Part shown: positions 59,687-64,000 of the stretch, in pieces
Layout of the letters: each line of letters begins with the position of its first letter
Position numbering within the stretch: position 1 is the stretch's first letter
Source of the DNA: an uncultured Clostridia bacterium
GTDB taxonomy: Bacteria; Bacillota; Clostridia; TANB77; CAG-465
NCBI GenBank assembly: GCA_944388585.1
Contig: CALXJI010000007.1
Location: 7,276-71,275 of the forward strand
Direction of reading: 5' to 3'
Length of the DNA: 64,000 nt
Program-made: the position numbers and the translations under genes
The notes under the pieces: model-generated
What the model was told of the DNA's origin: nothing
The model's database searches: none
Seen by the model: only the letters and a program-made list of their open reading frames with translations

Positions 59687-60445
59687 GTGAGTAAATTAAA
59701 AAGAATTATTGTAAATGAAATAGAAGATTATAAAATTCTTTTAAAAAATGTTCCAATATTAACCATGATATTTTTTGTGTTATCAGTTATATATATGAAT
59801 ATTTTTGCAAGTAAAGAATTATTAAATGTAAAATATCTTGCTCTTGATTGTGGATTTCTTCTTTCTTGGATAAGTTTTTTATGCATGGATATGATTACAA
59901 AAAGATTTGGCGCTAAAGCTGCAATAAAGCTTTCATTACTAGCATTATTAATTAATCTAATATCGTGTACAACTTTTTATATTATTTCAATAGTTGGTAA
60001 TAATTGGTCAGCATTTTATACATATAATAATGATATTGCGAATTTATCTTTAAATGATACTTTTGGTGGTACATGGTACGTACTCTTAGGCTCTACAATT
60101 GCAATGGCAGTATCTTCTATTGTGAATGCTATTATTAATCAAGGAATAGGAAAAAGATTGAGAAAAAATAATTTTTTTTCATATGCAGTAAGATCATATG
60201 TTTCAACAGCATTAGGACAATTTGTAGATAATTTTGTCTTTGCACTAATTGTATCAGTAACGTTTTTTGATTGGAATATAATACAAGTTATTACTTGTTC
60301 AATTACAGGAGCTATAGCGGAATTATTAGTAGAAGTTATTTTTTCATACGTAGGTTTTAGAGTTTGTATATATTGGGAAAAAAATGAAATAGGTCAACAG
60401 TATATTGATTATATTAATGATAAAAAAAAGTATAAAATTAAATAG
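59687..60445 (+). CDS. YhhQ/DUF165 (VUT) family queuosine-precursor transporter-like membrane protein
   Basis: GTG start 7 nt after AGGAGG; 6-TM profile; ALDCGFLLSWISFLCMDMITKRFG block typical of the YhhQ family. Confidence 0.65.
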   Translation: MSKLKRIIVNEIEDYKILLKNVPILTMIFFVLSVIYMNIFASKELLNVKYLALDCGFLLSWISFLCMDMITKRFGAKAAIKLSLLALLINLISCTTFYIISIVGNNWSAFYTYNNDIANLSLNDTFGGTWYVLLGSTIAMAVSSIVNAIINQGIGKRLRKNNFFSYAVRSYVSTALGQFVDNFVFALIVSVTFFDWNIIQVITCSITGAIAELLVEVIFSYVGFRVCIYWEKNEIGQQYIDYINDKKKYKIK

Positions 60446-60458
60446 GATGGTGATAGAA

Positions 60459-61106
60459 ATGAAAGTATTAGTAACAGGAACATCAAGTGGAATAGGTAAA
60501 GCTATAGCTATTAAATTTTTATCTGAGGGGCATAATGTAGTAGGAATAGATATAAAAGATTCAACAATAAATAGTAAATTATATTCACATATAAAAAAAG
60601 ATATATGTTCTAAAGATTTACCAGAAATATTAAATGTAGATATATTAATAAATAATGCAGGAGTTCAAAATACTCAAAATGATATAGATGTTAATTTAAA
60701 AGGGACTATTAATATTACAGAAAAGTATGGAATACAGCCTAATATAAAATCTATTGTATTTATAGCTTCTGCAAGTGCTTCTACTGGAGCGGAATTTCCA
60801 GAGTATGCTGCAAGTAAAGGAGGAATAGTTACTTATATGAAAAATGTAGCTTTAAGAGTAGCTAAATATAATGCTACATCTAATAGTATATCTGCAGGAG
60901 GTGTTATAACACCTTTAAATGATCATATAATTAATGACCCAAAATTATGGCAAGAGGTTTTAAATGAAACTTTACTTAACAAATGGGCAAGTGCAGAAGA
61001 AATAGCGAATTTTACTTATTTTATTTCAGTAAATAATAAGAGTATGACAGGGCAAGATTTATTAATAGATAATGGAGAAGCATTAAAATCTAATTTTATT
61101 TGGTAA
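60459..61106 (+). CDS. SDR family oxidoreductase
   Basis: TGTSSGIGKAIA motif, NNAG, and an S...YxxxK triad (YAASK). Confidence 0.85.
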   Translation: MKVLVTGTSSGIGKAIAIKFLSEGHNVVGIDIKDSTINSKLYSHIKKDICSKDLPEILNVDILINNAGVQNTQNDIDVNLKGTINITEKYGIQPNIKSIVFIASASASTGAEFPEYAASKGGIVTYMKNVALRVAKYNATSNSISAGGVITPLNDHIINDPKLWQEVLNETLLNKWASAEEIANFTYFISVNNKSMTGQDLLIDNGEALKSNFIW

Positions 61107-61182
61107 AATAAAGATAATTATGTTAAATCATTTTTATGTGTTTTTAATAAAATTAAATATAAATTTATATGTATAAAATTTA

Positions 61183-61211
61183 TTGACTTGAAAAAAATAA
61201 TATGCTAAAAT
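61183..61211 (+). promoter_or_regulatory. sigma-A type promoter for the small RNA upstream of cas9
   Basis: TTGACT at 61183-61188, a 17-nt spacer, then TAAAAT at 61206-61211. Confidence 0.45.
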
Positions 61212-61217
61212 ATAAGT

Positions 61218-61344
61218 GTACTGTAAAGGTACAAATTATATCATAAATAAGATTAGTAGGTTAGTATAATAAGACTAATTTACGTCGTAAAGCACTGACT
61301 ATATAAGTAGTCATCTAGGACTAGCAATGCTAGTCCATTTTTTT
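61218..61344 (+). ncRNA. candidate tracrRNA (about 125 nt: promoter to hairpins to intrinsic terminator) directly upstream of cas9 on the same strand
   Basis: Hairpin TGACTA-TATAAG-TAGTCA at 61296-61313. Terminator GGACTAGC-AAT-GCTAGTCC with a 7-T run at 61318-61344. Two ATAAG motifs. The GCTAGTCC element resembles the SpCas9 tracrRNA nexus. Confidence 0.4.
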
Positions 61345-61439
61345 ATTTTTATATAAGTTTACATAAAACTAAACATTTTTATTGACTTTTGATTAAAAAA
61401 TATAGTAAAATTGCTATATAATTTCTAGGAGGATAAAAT

Positions 61440-64000
61440 ATGGATTATAAAATAGGGTTAGATTTAGGAATAAGTTCAGTAGGATGGGCAGTTATCCAAA
61501 CAGATTGTGATGGAAATCCAGTAAAAATTGAAAATCTTGGATCAAGAATTTTTGATAAAGCTGAAAATCCTAAAGATGGATCTTCTTTAGCTTTAAAAAG
61601 GCGAGAAGCAAGAGGAGTAAGGAGAAGATTAAGAAGGAGAAGACATAGAAGAGACAGAGTTTTATCTCTTCTTGAAGAATATAATATTATTTCAAAAAAA
61701 GAAGTACAAGCAATGTTTAGTAATAGTGAATATAGATTTGAAAAAAATGTATATGAACTTAGAGTTGAAGGGCTTGATACATTATTGACTGCTAAAGAAT
61801 TAGCAAGAGTTTTAATAAATTTTGTAAAAAGAAGAGGATATAAATCTAATAGTATTTCCGAGGAAAAATCAGATAAGGATATAGGTAAATTATTAACTGC
61901 TACTGTTGAAAATGATAAAATTATGAAAGAGAATGATTACAAAACAGTAGCTCAAATGTATTTAAATGATGAAAGATTTACTACAAATAAAAATTTTAAT
62001 GATGGAAGAAAAATTTTAAAAATAAGAAATACAACAGATAGTTATACTTCTACAGTAAGAAGAAGTGATCTTGTAAATGAAATAAAGTTAATATTACAAA
62101 AGCAAAAAGAGCTAAATTCTAAAATAACAGATAAATTTATAGAAAAATATTTAAATATATTTGAATCTCAAAGAAGTTTCGAAGAAGGACCTGGTGGAGA
62201 TAGCCCATATGGTGGAAATCAAATAGAAAAAATGATCGGAAGATGTACATTAGAACCTAGAGAGCCACGAGCAGTAAAAGCATCATATACTTTTGAATAT
62301 TTTAAATTATTACAAGACATTAATCATATCAAACTCGAATGTAAAGAAAATATTGACGGAAAAGTAAAAAATATATCTAAGTCGCTTTCAAATGAACAAA
62401 GAAAAGAACTGATAAATCTTGCTAAAAAAAGTGATACAATATCTTTTGATAAAATAAGAAAAGTGTTAAATTTAGATTATAATGTTACTTTTAATATGGT
62501 AAATTATAACTTGAAAAAAGTTTCAAATATAGAAGATTTATTTAGCTTATCAGAAAAAGAGACTAAACTTAGGGAGTTTCAAAGTTATCATAAAATAAGA
62601 AAAATATTAGATAAAATAGAAAAAGGTATAGTAGATAAACTTTCTATAGATACTTTAAATAAATTAGCATATGCATTGTCCGTATTTAAAAATGATAAAA
62701 GTATAAAAAAATATTTAAAAGAAAACTGTAGAGAGTTAACAGATGAACTTATAGAAAATTTATTGGAGATTAGTTTTTCAAAAGTAGGAAACTTATCTAT
62801 TAAAGCTATGGAAAAGTTAATACCATTTTTAGAACAGGGTCTAACTTATGACAAAGCTGTTGAAAAAGTGTATGGAAAAGATGTAAATATAAATGTAAAG
62901 AGAAAGAATAAACTTTCATTTAATACTATTAAAGATGATATAACAAATCCAGTAGTAAAAAGAGCTGTATCTCAAACAATAAAAGTTGTAAATGCAATTG
63001 TAAACAAATATGGTGAACCTTTATGCATAAATATTGAGCTTGCAAGGGAACTTTCTAAAACATTTGAAGAGAGAAATAGAATAAGTAAAAAAAATGAAGA
63101 GAGAAAATCAGAAAATGAGAAAGCAAAACTAGAAATTCAAGAGATGGGAAAATTCAATGTCACAGGACAAGATATTATAAAATATAGACTTTGGAAAGAA
63201 CAAGATGAAATATGTATATATTCTGGACATAAAATAACACCAGATGAATTATTTACAGAGCTTGTAGATATTGATCATATAATTCCATACAGTATTTCTT
63301 TTGATGATACGTTTAATAATAAAGTATTGGTTTTATCTTCTGAAAATAGAAAAAAAGGCAATAGAGTTCCAATTGAATATTTAAGAAAAAATGGAATGCA
63401 TGTTGATGAATACAAATTAAGAATAGAGACTACATATATAAAGAAAAACAATTATAAAAAGTTAAAAAAATTGTTGGTTGAAGGAATAACAAGAGAAGAT
63501 ATAGATAATTTTAAAGAAAGAAATATAAAAGATACTCAGTATTTAAGTAGGCTTATGTATAATTTGCTTAGAAATAATTTAAAGTTTAAGAAAAATGATG
63601 GTATAAAAATAAAAGTACAAGCTGTAAACGGAGCAATAACATCTCATATTAGAAAAAGGCTTGGTATAGAAAAAATAAGAGCTAATGGAGATAAACATCA
63701 TGCAATAGATGCAGTTATAATAGCTATAATAACTCCTAAATTAATTCAAAGTATAACTAATTTTTATAAGTATAACGAATTAAAAAATTGTAATATTAAG
63801 GAAAATAAAATAATAAATGAAGAAACAGGAGAATATGTAGATTTAAGTAAATTTCCTCAACCTTATCAAGGATTTAGAGAAGAGCTTGAAATTAGAAGCT
63901 TACAAAATGAAAATTTAATGCATGAAGCTTTAAAAAATTCTAAATTAGTAAGATATACAGATATTGAAAATGTAAAACCGATTTTTGTTTCAAGAATGCC
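61440..64000 (+). CDS. cas9: Cas9 (type II CRISPR endonuclease), 5' portion; the ORF runs off the window end
   Basis: AGGAGG RBS. MDYKIGLDLGISSVGWAV is the RuvC-I motif with the catalytic Asp. RREARGVRRRLRRRRHRR is the Arg-rich bridge helix. HNH motifs DIDHIIPYS and NKVL..ENRKKGNRVP are present, as is the RuvC-III motif HHAIDAVIIA. More than 850 aa with no stop before 64000. Confidence 0.9.
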   Translation, partial: MDYKIGLDLGISSVGWAVIQTDCDGNPVKIENLGSRIFDKAENPKDGSSLALKRREARGVRRRLRRRRHRRDRVLSLLEEYNIISKKEVQAMFSNSEYRFEKNVYELRVEGLDTLLTAKELARVLINFVKRRGYKSNSISEEKSDKDIGKLLTATVENDKIMKENDYKTVAQMYLNDERFTTNKNFNDGRKILKIRNTTDSYTSTVRRSDLVNEIKLILQKQKELNSKITDKFIEKYLNIFESQRSFEEGPGGDSPYGGNQIEKMIGRCTLEPREPRAVKASYTFEYFKLLQDINHIKLECKENIDGKVKNISKSLSNEQRKELINLAKKSDTISFDKIRKVLNLDYNVTFNMVNYNLKKVSNIEDLFSLSEKETKLREFQSYHKIRKILDKIEKGIVDKLSIDTLNKLAYALSVFKNDKSIKKYLKENCRELTDELIENLLEISFSKVGNLSIKAMEKLIPFLEQGLTYDKAVEKVYGKDVNINVKRKNKLSFNTIKDDITNPVVKRAVSQTIKVVNAIVNKYGEPLCINIELARELSKTFEERNRISKKNEERKSENEKAKLEIQEMGKFNVTGQDIIKYRLWKEQDEICIYSGHKITPDELFTELVDIDHIIPYSISFDDTFNNKVLVLSSENRKKGNRVPIEYLRKNGMHVDEYKLRIETTYIKKNNYKKLKKLLVEGITREDIDNFKERNIKDTQYLSRLMYNLLRNNLKFKKNDGIKIKVQAVNGAITSHIRKRLGIEKIRANGDKHHAIDAVIIAIITPKLIQSITNFYKYNELKNCNIKENKIINEETGEYVDLSKFPQPYQGFREELEIRSLQNENLMHEALKNSKLVRYTDIENVKPIFVSRM

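Overview
The window is AT-rich (roughly 28% GC by eye) chromosomal DNA from a spore-forming Clostridia-class Firmicute. Sporulation and germination genes support this: a SpoVB flippase and a gerA–gerC–gerB germinant-receptor operon.

Core housekeeping content:
- A rimP–nusA–ylxR–infB–rbfA–nrnA–truB operon (promoter at 508–536, rimP at 607, truB ends 7677) with a clean sigma-A promoter and a leader hairpin.
- Other recognisable genes: ilvE, a Sir2 deacylase, asd, hup, mscL, nrdDG, secG, rnr, trmB, and tRNA-Arg(TCT), tRNA-His and tRNA-Gln.

Accessory-looking content:
- Two tandem giant surface proteins (1493 aa and 1257 aa) sit directly after truB, where ribF–rpsO–pnp would normally follow. Each has a thioester-domain-like N-terminus, many Cna-B/SpaA-type repeats and a C-terminal membrane anchor.
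- A three-gene toxin–antitoxin–chaperone module lies immediately downstream of tRNA-Arg: a HigB/Gp49-like toxin, an XRE-HTH antitoxin with a long C-terminal tail, and a SecB-like chaperone. An 18-bp perfect palindrome sits in its promoter.
- A cluster of a FIST sensor, an aldehyde dehydrogenase and an Fe-alcohol dehydrogenase. The aldehyde dehydrogenase N-terminus is out of frame, apparently by a single base in a GGG run, and its restored start would overlap the FIST stop.
- An Rph/PEP-synthase-like 'PEP-utilizing' kinase, an MscL carrying a C-terminal zinc ribbon, a TGS–uridine-kinase fusion, an ABC-F ATPase and two PF06541 membrane paralogs.
- A compact type II Cas9 gene (RuvC-I, Arg-rich bridge helix, HNH and RuvC-III all visible) starts at 61440 and runs off the window end at the 3' edge. 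A roughly 125-nt promoter-to-terminator small-RNA unit just upstream has tracrRNA-like hairpin and terminator architecture. No CRISPR array is in the window.
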